A DNA stretch of 64,000 nucleotides from assembly GCA_043228905.1 (NCBI GenBank), contig JBHGNT010000018.1, forward strand, positions 1,116,001-1,180,000. The letters are read 5' to 3'. The position numbers and the translations under genes are program-made. Positions 1 through 11,400 of this stretch are shown here, in pieces; the first letter of the stretch is position 1, and every line of letters starts with the position of its first letter. The notes beneath the pieces were generated by a model. The model was not told where the DNA came from and ran no database searches. It worked only from the letters and a program-made list of their open reading frames with translations. Source of the stretch: Azolla caroliniana (taxonomy: Eukaryota > Plantae > Polypodiophyta).

Positions 1-211
1 TCCGGGCCGAGAACTCCGCACGCTCGAAGTCGCACTTCCGCCCTTGTCTTTTCTCGGCCAACGATGCCGACTATCATACACCCTCCGTTGTTGGAGAAGC
101 AAAATTTCCTACCTATCGTACAGGGTTCCTTCGGTTTCGGTTCTATTGTACAATCGTGGGGTCTTTCCCGAGTGTCCGGGCTGTCTCGGCCCCACGCCTT
201 GGCAGCCCTCT

Positions 212-2365
212 CTAAAAATCCTCCCGGTTCTCGCCACCGAGGGATTCGCGGTTTCGCTCGTGGTTCGGCCGCACCATCAGAAATTGGACCGAATGGCGCC
301 CATCCTGGCTTTTGACCCTCGCGTAGGCCGAACCGTTGTCCAGCACCTTGGTCTCCATTCGCACCGCCGTGATGTATGGTTCCCCTAATATGACCGGGTG
401 CAAGGACGTCTCCTGTACAAAGAAGTGCTGGTCAATCTCGATGTCGCCGATCTTGACTCGCACGTTCGGGCAGGCCCCGTGCAATTCCTCGGTGGCGCGC
501 GTCGCCGCCCGTATCTTCCACCCGTGCTTGGTGTTGATCGGCCACTTTCCCTTCTTATAGAAGTCCATGGACATCAGGTTTATTTCCGAACCGTGGTCCA
601 CCAATGCCACCACCGGTTCCTGAACATCTCCGATCTTTACCGGGGTCTCCGTGGTCGCTCGGGCCCAGTGTGGCCTCGAATAGTGGCTCTCCGCCCACTC
701 ATCTTCTAGCGCCAAGTCGTCGATGTGCGTCGTCCGCACCTCCACCGGTCTTTCCGGTTCCGTCTCCGTCGACAGCCTCTTCCGCTTCACCAAGTCCACA
801 ATGGAGTCGTGGAACTCCTTCTTGGCGATCCCTAGCACCTCCCGCAATGACAGCTCCACTTTGCTATCGAGGATCCGTTCTTCTAGGACCTTTCGTAGGT
901 CCGTGGTCCTTTCTATTTCCGTCCCTAGTCGGTATCCGCCCTTCTTGGGGTTATCTTGCGCGCTGGACCCACCGGCTTCGTTTCGTCGTTGCCCGAATCG
1001 GGTCTCGTATCGTTGTGAGGGCCCGGCCGCTCCGGCTTTCCCCACTCGTTTGTCTTCTACCAGAGCCTCGTAGTTCCGGCAGGCGGCTTCTACGAAGCCC
1101 ATCTTTTCCTCGACCGGGTCGCTCCACCCGGTTATTTCCGGGACCCGTCTCTCAGCGCGGTCCGTTTCATCTTTCCTCAGCCGTGCGCCGGCGAGACCTT
1201 CCAGCATTGCCGACCAGAATCCTTCTTTGCCCTCCTTTCGGGCCTCGCTGCCCCCGACCCGAATGCCGGCCGACGCCGAGTAGTGGATGGCCTCCACGTG
1301 TCGGGCCGCTGCCTCTTCCATCAGTCTCTTCATACGTCATCGCCCGTCGTTCCGGTTTAGGGCCCTTCTGGTATCGCCGGCGTGCACCCGGCCTTCCCAT
1401 AGGTACACCACCCGGTTCCTCAACGCCTCTACGAAATCGCCGCAGTCCTTCCGAATGTGGCCGACCTCATCGCACCACATGCACTTGTTCCCTGCTACCG
1501 GACGTCGGTCACGAGCCGGTTCGCCGCCTTCCCTTCGAGTCTGGGCGATCTGGAGATCCTTTATCGCCCGCATCAACTCCTCCAGCGCTCCTCCTCCGGA
1601 CGAGTCATTGACCATGCCGGTCGGAGCCGAACCGGTTTCGAGCCACTCCCGGGTCTCTTCCCTTCGCCCTTGTGGTGCCGGTTCAAGCCTCCTTGCTGTG
1701 ATAGAGCCCGCTTCGGTCGCCCCGTTGTCAGCCCATTCTCGCCGTTTGTCGAAACGGCCACAGACTCTCTTAACCGTCGTCCAGTCGGTCGTCCGCCCGT
1801 CTTCTGTTTCTAGCAAGGAGCCGACTTGATCCCGGTCCTGCTCGTCCACCGACTTGACGAACAGTTGGACCCGGCTCGTATCCAGAACGGTTCGGTCAAG
1901 CGCCGAAAGGCGCGCAAAGTGTTCCTCAAACTCCTGGAGGAGTGCCGACGCATTTCTTCCCTTGCCGGGGGACTCCACCCATTCCATGAAGTTCCGTTTC
2001 GAAAGCCGGAGCGCGTCGTCCAGCCCGTATTTTTCTAGGAGTCGGCCTTCGAACTCCTCCCAGGTACGGCTCTTCGCCCGCACCTCGAGCACCTCCGCAT
2101 GGATGCTCGGCATCACCACTCGAGGGAACCCGGCAAGATGCCTCTCTTCCGGAATGTCCCGCATTAGCATTTCTGCCCCGTAGGACGCCAAGTACTTCGT
2201 GGTATCCTTTCCGCTGAACCGGCCGATCGTACCGACGACCGCCTCAATGGCTCTGTCGAGGGCGCTGGTGCCCTCGCGTGCGCTCAATATCCGATCCACG
2301 GCCGAAGCCATGGCCTCTGCAAGATCCAACCCCTTCATCTTCTGCTCTTCTGCCGCCTCTTTCAC
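212..2365 (-). pseudogene. gag: gag-protease of element A, split by one in-frame stop near 1337
   Basis: ORFs 1337..2539 and 212..1333; zinc knuckle CMWCDEVGHIRKDC; protease motif ALVDHGSEINLM; ends NREDF* like B. Confidence 0.88.
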
Positions 2366-2378
2366 GTCGGGTTCACCA
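2361..2378 (-). promoter_or_regulatory. Primer-binding site complementary to tRNA-Trp 3' end
   Basis: Plus strand TTCACGTCGGGTTCACCA equals the 3' 18 nt (with CCA) of plant cytosolic tRNA-Trp as I recall it; adjacent to LTR. Confidence 0.85.
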
Positions 2379-2381
2379 AGA

Positions 2382-3004
2382 TGTTCGAGGTATTCCTCGC
2401 GGATGCGTGGAATGAGGCGGGACCTCGGGGGTCCTGTACCGAAGAGCAAGAGAGAAAGGAGAAGAGACCCACTATGTGCGAGCGTAGATTCACAGGGACA
2501 CGGCCCTTCGACACAAAGATGCGAGTGGGACAACGACACAGAGAGACACGAATGTATGTATGTATTAACAAAGACAAAACAACAAAAAGCACGAAGTCGG
2601 TTACAACCAAACAGGCCGGCGAACAGATGCCGATGCCTGTTCGCAAACGCTCAGAAAGGAAGGAGTAGGTTGGAGGTGCTGCCGGAAGCACTCGGGCATT
2701 CCTCAGAGCAGCACGAGCCTCACGAAACCTGCACAGAAAGAAGCTACGGAGAGTATGGAAGAGAGAGAAGCCTTCGACCGACAGCCTGACAACACTTCGT
2801 CCTCTCTGATTCTGCGATCCCCCCCCTCTTCCTCGTCTCCCTCCTTTTTATAGGCAAGAAGGGAGCCGTTTCCTATTAACTTCCTACCTACCGAATCTAC
2901 CTACCTAGGATCTTCTATGTACAACATAAGGCGCACGTGCATGAAGAGCCGGTTCCTACGCTCCGGTGCACCGATTCCGCTTGTGGACGGTTTTCTTCAC
3001 GACA
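2382..3004 (-). repeat. 5' LTR of element A
   Basis: Closely similar to the J LTRs; terminus CACGACA; right flank TCGT. Confidence 0.9.
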
Positions 3005-3154
3005 TCGTGAACCGGCCCTTACACACGGGCACATGTTTTGATGTATTTACATAGTTAAGTATAGGTCGGCGATGTAATTATCCTAGGTAGCACGAATTCG
3101 TTAGGTAGGGAATCAAAGAGGATCTTTGTCTGGAAGGACAGAGAATAAAAGTGA
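3005..3154 (+). repeat. Diverged LTR fragment of the Trp-primed gypsy family (probably part of element G LTR)
   Basis: GAACCGGCCCTT...ATCCTAGGTAG...TTCGTTAGGTAGG resembles the sense strand of A/J LTRs; right boundary approximate. Confidence 0.5.
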
Positions 3155-3442
3155 TGTAACTGTTAGGAATAGTAGTAAACAGAGAGAGAATTAGTACTAG
3201 AGAAGAGAAGTACTATTAGTACTAAGAGGACGGGACTGCGTAAGATTCCTGAGAGAGGAAGAGAGAAGAGGAGAGAGAGAGAGATAACGAGAATGAGAGT
3301 GAGAGAAAGATGATGACAACAACTAATATATTATGTGAAAGATAAGTGCAAAGTGGCTAAGAGGCTTAAGACTAGCGTTGAACCAATTTGGTTCAAAACA
3401 ATGCCTTGTGCCTCCTTTTATAGTGTTTTCAGGAATAATCAT

Positions 3443-3475
3443 GAAGCTTCTAGAATGTTCCAGAGAGATCTGGAA
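3443..3475. promoter_or_regulatory. Heat-shock element array in chromovirus LTR, upstream of TATAAAA (3416-3422, minus)
   Basis: GAAgcTTCtaGAAtgTTCcaGAGagATCtgGAA: four perfect alternating nGAAn units followed by in-phase degenerate units; also at 24274-24306. Confidence 0.7.
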
Positions 3476-3530
3476 TATACATCAATTTTCTATGATAAAA
3501 CATAAATGAAAATAATATCCTATAAATTAC

Positions 3531-3595
3531 AATTCATAGTCTAATGGTAAGAGCTCGACCCATGTAGCATAAGGTCATGGGTTCGAGTCTTGCCA
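3531..3595 (+). other. tRNA-like Pol III A-box/B-box module inside the chromovirus LTR (antisense to element)
   Basis: A-box-like TAGTCTAATGG (3537-3547) and B-box-like GGTTCGAGTCT (3580-3590) at tRNA-like spacing; no convincing full cloverleaf. Confidence 0.5.
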
Positions 3596-3616
3596 TATCA
3601 TGACACTAGCTCCCCC

Positions 3617-3875
3617 TTAAAGACAACGAGTGGAATGAGTCGGCGCTGATTGCGAACCGGGTTTGTCCGGATACTTTCGGTGGAAATCAGCAAGAAGATC
3701 TTGAGCAATGCTCGACGGGTTCCCAAGTACGTTCGCTCGGACTATAACCGAGCCAATCAACCAAATAATAAAGTTTGTTGCGAACAAGTTCAACTTCATT
3801 CTCCGGGCCGACGTCCAACTCCAGTGGGGGCGGCGGCGGTGTAACACGATCCGGAATGGTGTTTGCTTTATAAGG
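3617..3875 (-). pseudogene. Chromovirus F integrase C-terminus and chromodomain (degenerate)
   Basis: PYKANTIPDRVTPPPPPLE...KLYYLVDWLGYSPSERTWEP...LLADFHRKYPDKP; continues from 22324 across the E insertion. Confidence 0.85.
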
Positions 3876-4207
3876 TGTTGGGAGATAGGTCCCTCCGGAT
3901 GGGAAGTGAGAAGAACAATACTCATGAGAACCGGATGAGGAGTACCCGGCAAGAGCCGATGGTGCAAGCCCGGTGAGGAGTGCTCACTGGATGAAGGGAC
4001 ATATTCGTAAATATGTTTCTGAGAGTCCATCGGGGCTATATTTGTAAATAGCCGAAAAGTCATATTAGTATAAATATGACTTAGGGCAAACTTTGTTTTC
4101 AGGTTGTCATTCTTATTGGTGCAAGAATAGTATAAATATGACTTAGGGCAAACTTTGTTTTCAGGTTGTCATTCTTATTGGTGCAAGAATAGTGAGCGCG
4201 TAACTGT

Positions 4208-4256
<49 letters not shown>

Positions 4257-4532
4257 GAGGTCGTTGCCTTTGTTGTAACCGTCGTCTGTGGCGAAGATCG
4301 TGAGCACGAGGTCGTTGCCTCTGTGAGCTCACTGTTGTAATCATTGTGATATAGTGATAGTTTGGAGTCTTTGGACTCCCGTGGTTTTTTCCCTCTCAGG
4401 GTTTTCCACGTTAAACATCCCGTGTACTCTTCTCTCCTTTGTGTTGTGCGTTTCATTATCCGTTTTTTCTGTGTTCGATTTTAGACTCGGTTGTGGCCGA
4501 GGGTTGCGCATAGGGAGCGTGCATTCCTGTCA
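3876..4532 (+). repeat. 5' LTR of E, with a 62-bp tandem duplication (4066-4189) and (GA)n tract
   Basis: TGTTGGGAGATAGG...CCTGTCA; matches 21690-22323. Confidence 0.9.
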
Positions 4533-4562
4533 AAGTGGTATCAGAGCGAAACGACACAGAAA

Positions 4563-4948
4563 ATGGACGAATCGTTGGGAGGCATGTTCAAGCTCACTGG
4601 CTCCAACTATTCCGTGTGGAAGTCGAAGATGAGGGACATGCTCGTGGTTAAAGATCTTTGGTTGCCAGTTCAGTTCGGGGACAAGAGATCGGACAAGATC
4701 GACGCCGCGATATGGGAGGTGATGCACATGAAGACAACGACATACATATGGTGCTTCATCGACATGAGCCTATACAACAACTTCAATGAAGAGAGCAAGG
4801 CTCATGAGCTATGGGAGAAGATCGACATTATGTTTCAGAACAAAAATGCTATTAACTAGGTTTCGGTATTCCGGAAGCTAGTAAGACTCTGGTACCAAGA
4901 TGGCTCCAGCATGGCGGAGCACATGAATGCCTTCCAGGGGCTGATACA
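4563..4948 (+). pseudogene. gag: Copia gag N-terminus of E, interrupted by D
   Basis: MDESLGGMFKLTGSNYSVWKSKMRDML...; internal stop at 4857-4859; resumes at 17862. Confidence 0.8.
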
Positions 4949-5679
4949 TGTTGGGATTTCGGTCCCTCCGGATGGGATGTCCGGAGATGAATGACGGCAA
5001 GCCCGGAGGCTGTTACGGAACCGTAGGATGAAGAGTACCCGGCATGAAGCCGGATGAAGAGTACCCGGTTACGGAGCCGGATGATGAAGACCCCGGTTAC
5101 GGAGCCGGATGCTGAAGACCCCGGTTACGGAGCCGGATGCTGAAGACCCCGGCTACGGAGCCGGATGCTGAAGACCCCGGCTACGGAGCCGGATGACGAA
5201 TGTACCCGGAGAGAGAGATCCGGATGCGGGGACATATTTGTGAATATGTTTGCCAAGAGCCCTTGAGGTTATATTTGTAAATAGCCCGAAAGTCATATGT
5301 GTATAAATATGACTTAGGGCAAACAGTTTAGTTGTTGTTGCTCATTTTCTGTTTTTTTCACTTAGTGGGAGCGAAGTGAGAGCAGCCGAGAGAGAGAGAG
5401 AGAGAGAGAACCGAAGAGGTCGACGCCTCTGTGTAATACCGCCGCCTGTGGCGAGGACAGCGAGCTCAAGGTCGTCGCCTTGCAGCTCGCCATTGTATAT
5501 TCCAGTGTATAGTGATAGTTGGAGTCGTGCACTCCCGTGGTTTTTCCCGTTTAGGGTTTTCCACGTTATACCCTGTGTATCGTGTCTTTCTCTGTATTTC
5601 CTATTTTCTGCTCCATTGATTCGCGATTTCTCGGTTGTGGCTGAGCGGTGAAGGTGAATAGAAGGGTCGATTCCCAACA
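4949..5679 (+). repeat. 5' LTR of D
   Basis: TGTTGGG...CCCAACA termini; duplicate at 17126-17856. Confidence 0.95.
5073..5184 (+). repeat. Four 28-bp tandem repeats in the U3 of the D LTR
   Basis: Unit GGAGCCGGATGCTGAAGACCCCGGTTAC with degenerate flanking copies; related arrays in the M, solo and P LTRs. Confidence 0.9.
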
Positions 5680-5709
5680 AACTGGTATCAGAGCGAGCTG
5701 TTGCAGAAA

Positions 5710-7628
5710 ATGGAAGGCGGCGGCAGCGGGCAGCCGGGGATGATGGTGCTGAACGCTCAGAATTACGCCGACTGGAAGATCAAGATGGAGGATCTTCTGA
5801 TTGTTCGGGACCTGTACGAACCGATCGACAGGTCGGAAATACCGAAGGGGGTACTTGAGTCGGAGTGGAAGCTCCTGAACCGGAAAGCCGTAGCGACGAT
5901 CCGACAATATGTCGATGTAAGCGTCCTACAACATGTGGCAAACGACACCAACGCATATGAGATGTGGAAGAAGCTGTCGGGCCTCTACGAGAGGAAGAAT
6001 GCGTTGAACCGGACCTCCCTGATGAGGAAGATAGTGAACCTCAAGTACCGGGACGGCGAGAGTATGGTGGAACACGTAAGCACGTTCATGGGATTCGTGA
6101 ACCAGCTTGCGGCGATCAAGTTCCCGTTGGAGGATGCAATGCAAGCCATCATCCTGATGTGTACATTGCCGGACAGCTGGGAGAACTTGGTGGTGACTCT
6201 CAGCACCTCCTGCACTGAAGATAACTTGTCTCTACAAACGGTAAAGACAAGTATTTTGAACGAAGAAGCGCGTCGGAGAGATAAAGAACCGGTCTCCGAC
6301 TCGAAGGCGCTGCTTACCGAATCGGAACGGGGAAGACAGTGGAACCGGAGTCCGCAAAGACAGGAGAAGTCGGGGACCCGGTCGCAGTCAAGAGGAAGGC
6401 CAACATGCTTCCACTGTGGGAAGCCGGGGCACTTCCGGAAGAATTGTCGGCATTACCGAAAGGACAACGGAGCCGACGACACCGATTCGAAGAAATCACC
6501 GGAGAGAAACGGTGCATACCGGGGAGCCACGGACCGGAGAGGTCCGGATCGGCGAGGGCAGGACCGGAAAGGAACGACGGCACTCGCGGCAAGTGAAGAA
6601 GAGATAATGCTTATTACCGAAGAGAGGGAGCTGAACCTTGCCGGTGTAGAGATGACCTGGGTGGTCGATTCTGGAGCGTCGTTCCACCTGACCCCGGAGA
6701 AGAAATACTTCTCATCCTACACAGCCGGTGAGCACGGCTGTGTCCGGATGGGAAATGAAGGTACGTGCCGGATAGCCGGCATAGGAGACGTGTGGCTGAT
6801 GACATCAACCGGATGCAAGATGCTGCTGAAGGATGTGCGACACGTTCCGGAGGTCCGATTGAACCTGATCTCGGCCGGGAGGCTAGATGATGAAGGCTAC
6901 ACGGGGAGCATCCGGAACGGTGTCATGAAGTTCAGCAAGGGGAGCCTGATAGTGGCTCGGGCCCGGAAGGTCAACACACTGTACCTGATGAATTCCCGGT
7001 TATGTCCGGAAGAGCTGAATGTGGCAGCCGACACTGCCGGTGAGCTGTGGCACAAGAGACTGTGCCACATGAGTGAGAAGGGGATGAAGAGGCTTGCAGA
7101 AGACAACCTCATTCCAGTGAAGCATGTGCACCTGGAGAAGTGCACCGACTGCCTGGCCGGTAAGCAAAACCGGACCTCCTTCCACTCAAGGCCACCGACG
7201 AGACGTAGCGCACCATTGGAGTTGGTGCACACTGATGTGTGTCAGGTAGAAACGAAGTCACATGGCGGAGCCCAGTACTTCGTAACAGTCATTGATGATC
7301 ACAGCCGGAAGCTGTGGACGGCACCGTTGAAGACAAAGGACCAAGTATTGTCCGTCTTCAAAGAACTCCACGCGAGAGTGGAAAGAGAATCCGGCAAGAA
7401 GCTGAAAGCGATACGAGCGGATAACGGAGGGGAATACCGGGGGCAGTTCCAGGAGTACTGTCGCTCGAAGGGAATCCGACTCGAGTTTACTGTGCCGAAG
7501 ACGCCGGAACTGAACGGGCTGGCCGAGAGGATGAACCGGACCATAATGGAGAGGGTCCGGAGTATGCTGGCGCATGCGAAATTACCCAAGGGGTTTTGGG
7601 CTGAGGCAATGTCGACGGCGACATACGT
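5710..7628 (+). CDS. gag-pol: Copia polyprotein of D, N-terminal part (gag, zinc knuckle, protease, integrase core)
   Basis: CFHCGKPGHFRKNC, WVVDSGASFH, LWHKRLCH, LVHTDVC, IRADNGGEY, NGLAERMNRT; cut by B. Confidence 0.93.
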
Positions 7629-8427
7629 TGTCGAGATATTACGCAAGTGCGTGTGGAATAGAGGCGGGACCGCGGGGGTCTCGAACCAAAGAGCAAGCGA
7701 GGGAGGAGAAAGAGAGAGAACCGGCTACGCAGGACCGGGGATACACAGGGACACGGCCCTTCAGCACGGAGAACGCGAACAGACACCGACACAGACAGAT
7801 GCGAATGACTAAATATGTGTATTAACAAAATGGCTAACACGACTACAACCCCCGGTGGGGCACAGGTTGGTTGCAACCGAACAGGCCGGCGAACAGATGC
7901 CGATGCCTGTTCGCTTCGAAGCACAAACGGGGAAATGGGGGGGGGTAGCAGGTCGGAGGTGCTGCCGGAAGCACTCGGGCGTTCCTCGAAACAGCGCGAG
8001 CCTCCCCGGAACCCTGCACAGAAAGCTTTGGAGCTCAAGAAGGAAGGAAACAGAGAGAGCGAAGCGTCCAGAAACGGTCCGACAGCACTTCGTCCTCTCC
8101 GCGCCAGATCCCTGCAACAGCTCTTTCCCGCTCCTTATATAGGCCGACGAACAGGCCGTCGTGTCAGCTTTATTCCCTGTCCCTTTTGGACAGGGATCCG
8201 CTCCGTTTTTCACGGATCCGCGTAGTTACGCCGCCGACTCGTACAGTTCGCGCGCGCGACCGAAAAAACTGTTCGCGCGGTCTTTGTCTCCACTTGAGTT
8301 AGGGCCCGTTCCTGCCGATTATCCTCTCAATTCGTTTCTATGTACAACTCGGAGCGTGCGCGCGTGAAGAACCGGTTCCCACGCCTTGGTGCGCCGATTC
8401 CGCCTATAGACGGTTTTCTTCACGACA
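7629..8427 (-). repeat. 3' LTR of B
   Basis: TGTCG...CGACA; duplicate at 14158-14956. Confidence 0.96.
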
Positions 8428-8498
8428 TCCGCCCCCACCTAACCGCGCATCCTCCGGTATGCGCCAAGAGAGTTGGGACGGAGAAAACCGGCCCGTCT

Positions 8499-11400
8499 TC
8501 ATTCCTCGCCCGTCGGTTCTTCTTCATTTTCGGATCGTTCGTCATTGCCGACCAGGAGAGCCGGGTCTGGCTCGTCGTCGTGTCGCTTCTTGAACGCTTT
8601 GATCCGCTTCCCTGCAACCGGTATCGCCATTCTCGTGCCGTCAAGTTCCGCCAGGTGATATGTCCCGTTGTCATTGGCACTCCGTACCACGTAAGGCCCG
8701 AACCACCTTCGTGCGAACTTCCGTGTGGCTCGGTGCTGGTTGTCGAGGCTGCTGTCGTAGACGAGCACCCAGTCACCTTCTTCGATTTTCTTCGGTCGTA
8801 GCCGGTGCGTTCGGTCGAACCGGGCTTTGTTCTTTGTCCTCGCCACCCGGAGCTTCTCCGTAGCCAGTGCCACGTCCTCCGGCCTCCGCTCGAGCTGTCG
8901 TATACGTGCGACCAACAACTCCTCCCGGCTCATCTCGTCCCTCCAGTCGACCGTTGCCCTCGAGGAGATCGTCCGTTCAATCGGCATGATCGGCTTCTGG
9001 CCGAACATGAGCTCCGTCGGCATGTACCCGGTTACCGAACTGTGCGTGGTCCGGTCTGCCCACAAAGCATAAGGTAGCAGCCGCGGCCAGTTACCGACTT
9101 GACCTCCGCATGCCCGAATCAACGCCTTGACGATCGGTCCGTGTCCGCGCTCCACCTTTCCATTCGCCTCCGGATTGTACGCAGTGGTGAGCGAGAGCTT
9201 GACTCCAAGCCGGTCGAACAGCTCCGCGGCCTCTTCGGCGTCCAACTCCCCTCGGTCAGCCACGATCTTCCCGACGCACCCGTACCGGCATATCACGTCC
9301 TCGACTAGGAACCGACACACGGCCGCGGTCGTCTTGTTCTGAAGGGCTCGGCCTTCCACCTGGTTCGTCAGGTCTTCCCGCGCTAGGACCAGATACCGCA
9401 TCTGTCCTAACCCCATCGGCATCGTCACCAGATCTACCATCCATTTGAAGTGGATAGTCGGAGGGTACGTAGGGTGAAGCCCGTCCCGGTGTCGGACTAT
9501 CGAGTGCATCTGACAACTCTCGCAAGTTGACACGAACCGATGCACGTCCCAGTACAATCCCGGCCACCAGTACTTTCCCTTCAGCTTCTCAAACGTCGCC
9601 CACGTTCCACGGTGTCCAGCCCAAGGGCTGTCGTGGTAGGCCGCCAGTAGCTCCTCCTGTTCTTCCTTCATCGCCACCACTCGGAGCGGGACGCCGTCCC
9701 TCTTCTTCGGGTGCTTCCATAGATGCCCATCTCGGAGAAAGAATCGATATGCTTTCTTCCGGATCCGGTTGGCCTCGTCCTTCGTCCATGACGCATCGGG
9801 CGTCATCGTCTTCAAAAACCCGCCGATCTGCACCCATTCCCCGTCGTACTTGCTCGCGTCGAACTCGTTAAGCGCCGGAGTGCTCATCCCGTCGGTCGTT
9901 ATGTATGCCGCCTCGAAGAAATCCACGCCGACTTCTTCGTCTTCCGAAACCATGCCGCCCTCGTCGTCGAACCTCGCCCTCGAAAGCATGTCGGCCATGG
10001 CGTTGTCTTTCCCGGAAATGTGTCGTATTTCCGGGTCCAGGGACTTGATGTACGCTATCCACCTGAGCATCGCCAGGTCCGGAGTCGCGCATCCGGAAAC
10101 CATACCGAGAATCGGCAGGCAATCCGTCTCGATGATCACTTCCGTCCCTATCAGGTAGTCTTTGTCGGCCTTAACCGCCGAAACAATACCCCAGAGTTCG
10201 CGTTTAACCTGGGCGTACCCTCGCTGCCGTTCACTGAGGACTTTCGCGCCGAATCGGATCGGAAACCGATTGCCGTCCTCGTCTTCCTGGTTCACGACCC
10301 ATCCGATCCCGGTCGGACTGGTATCCACCGTTATGAATACCGGGGTACCCTTCCCGTAAACCGCCTTCCGGAGTGCCGGTGCCGCTGCAAGGGCCTCCTT
10401 CAGCTTCCGGACCGATTCCGCGTGCTTGTCTAGCCATTCGAACCTTCGCCCCTTTTTCAGCAACCCGTACAGTGGCTCCGCGACGTGTGCGTAATGCGGG
10501 ATCCATATGTGGTAGAACGCGCATGCCCCCAGGAATCTCCGTACTTCCGTGACCGAGCTGCAGTCGGGCTTCATCGCGGAGATGGCTTCTACCTTCGCCG
10601 GAGACGGTTTCCGGCCATATGGTCCGCACAGGTGTCCGACCACCATGATTTCTGACTGCCCGAAGGCCGACTTCTCCCCGGAGAAGGTGAGTCTCGCATC
10701 CTCTAGCCTTTGCAGCACCTTCTCGCAGTCGTCGACGTGCGTCGCCACGAATCGCCGGCATCCGTCCGGCCCGATCGTCTCGTCCTTTTCTTCCACCGGG
10801 CATCCCTTGATCGGGATGTCGTCCAGAAACGGCATGGTAATGTCCGGGACACAGTCCCTCAGAACCTTGTTCATCGCATTCACCATGTGGGCCACCGAGT
10901 TGGTCCCTCCTTGCGGCAGTGTACACATCCGAACTAGGCCGAGGGGAGTTCGCATCGTCGTAAGGTCTCTGCTCTCCACGGCCAGCTGGAACTGGTCGTA
11001 CCCTGAGTATAGATCCCCGACCGAGTAAATTGACCTTCCGGCGAAGGCCTCCGCGAACTCGTCTATGGTCGGTCCGATTCCTGCGTTCCGAATGGTCACT
11101 CGATTGACCGGCTGCAGGTCCTGGATGAAGCGCAGCGAACCGTTTTTCTTCGGTACGGTAAACCATCGATTCGAATATGGGGCGCTCGACGGCTCGAGAA
11201 TTCCCATATCAACTTTCTGCCTCAGCAGCTCCATCAACTTCGGGATGTGAGCTCTCGGAACCGGGATTGGCTTGAGATTCCATGGTACATGCGGTACCGT
11301 GAATATCACCATCGGCTCCACGATCGTCGGGTCAACGCACCCGATTTCCTCCGGCGAGAATGCGAAGGCTTTCCCGTGCCTTCCGAGCATTCTCCGAAAC

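Larger units (their letters stand above)
1..3004 (-). mobile_element. Ty3/gypsy element A (tRNA-Trp-primed family), 5' part only; runs off the left window edge
   Basis: LTR 2382-3004 ending ...TTCACGACA, Trp PBS 2361-2378, gag-PR homologous to element B, start of pol at 1-210. Confidence 0.93.
3155..3605 (-). repeat. 3' LTR of chromovirus F (left boundary approximate)
   Basis: Begins TGTCATGATATGGC on the minus strand right after PPT TTAAGGGGGAGCTAG (3606-3620); inverted copy at 24144-~24445. Confidence 0.8.

Noticed and set aside
4210-4252. (GA)n microsatellites as independent features
   Set aside because: They are integral parts of the copia LTRs.
5040-5200. 28-bp (also 54- and 29-bp) repeat arrays as CRISPR
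   Set aside because: Head-to-tail with no unique spacers, inside LTR U3 regions, no cas genes.
7629-7812. Novel C-terminus of the 703-aa ORF and N-terminus of the 748-aa ORF at 14869
   Set aside because: Read-through into and out of the inserted B LTRs.
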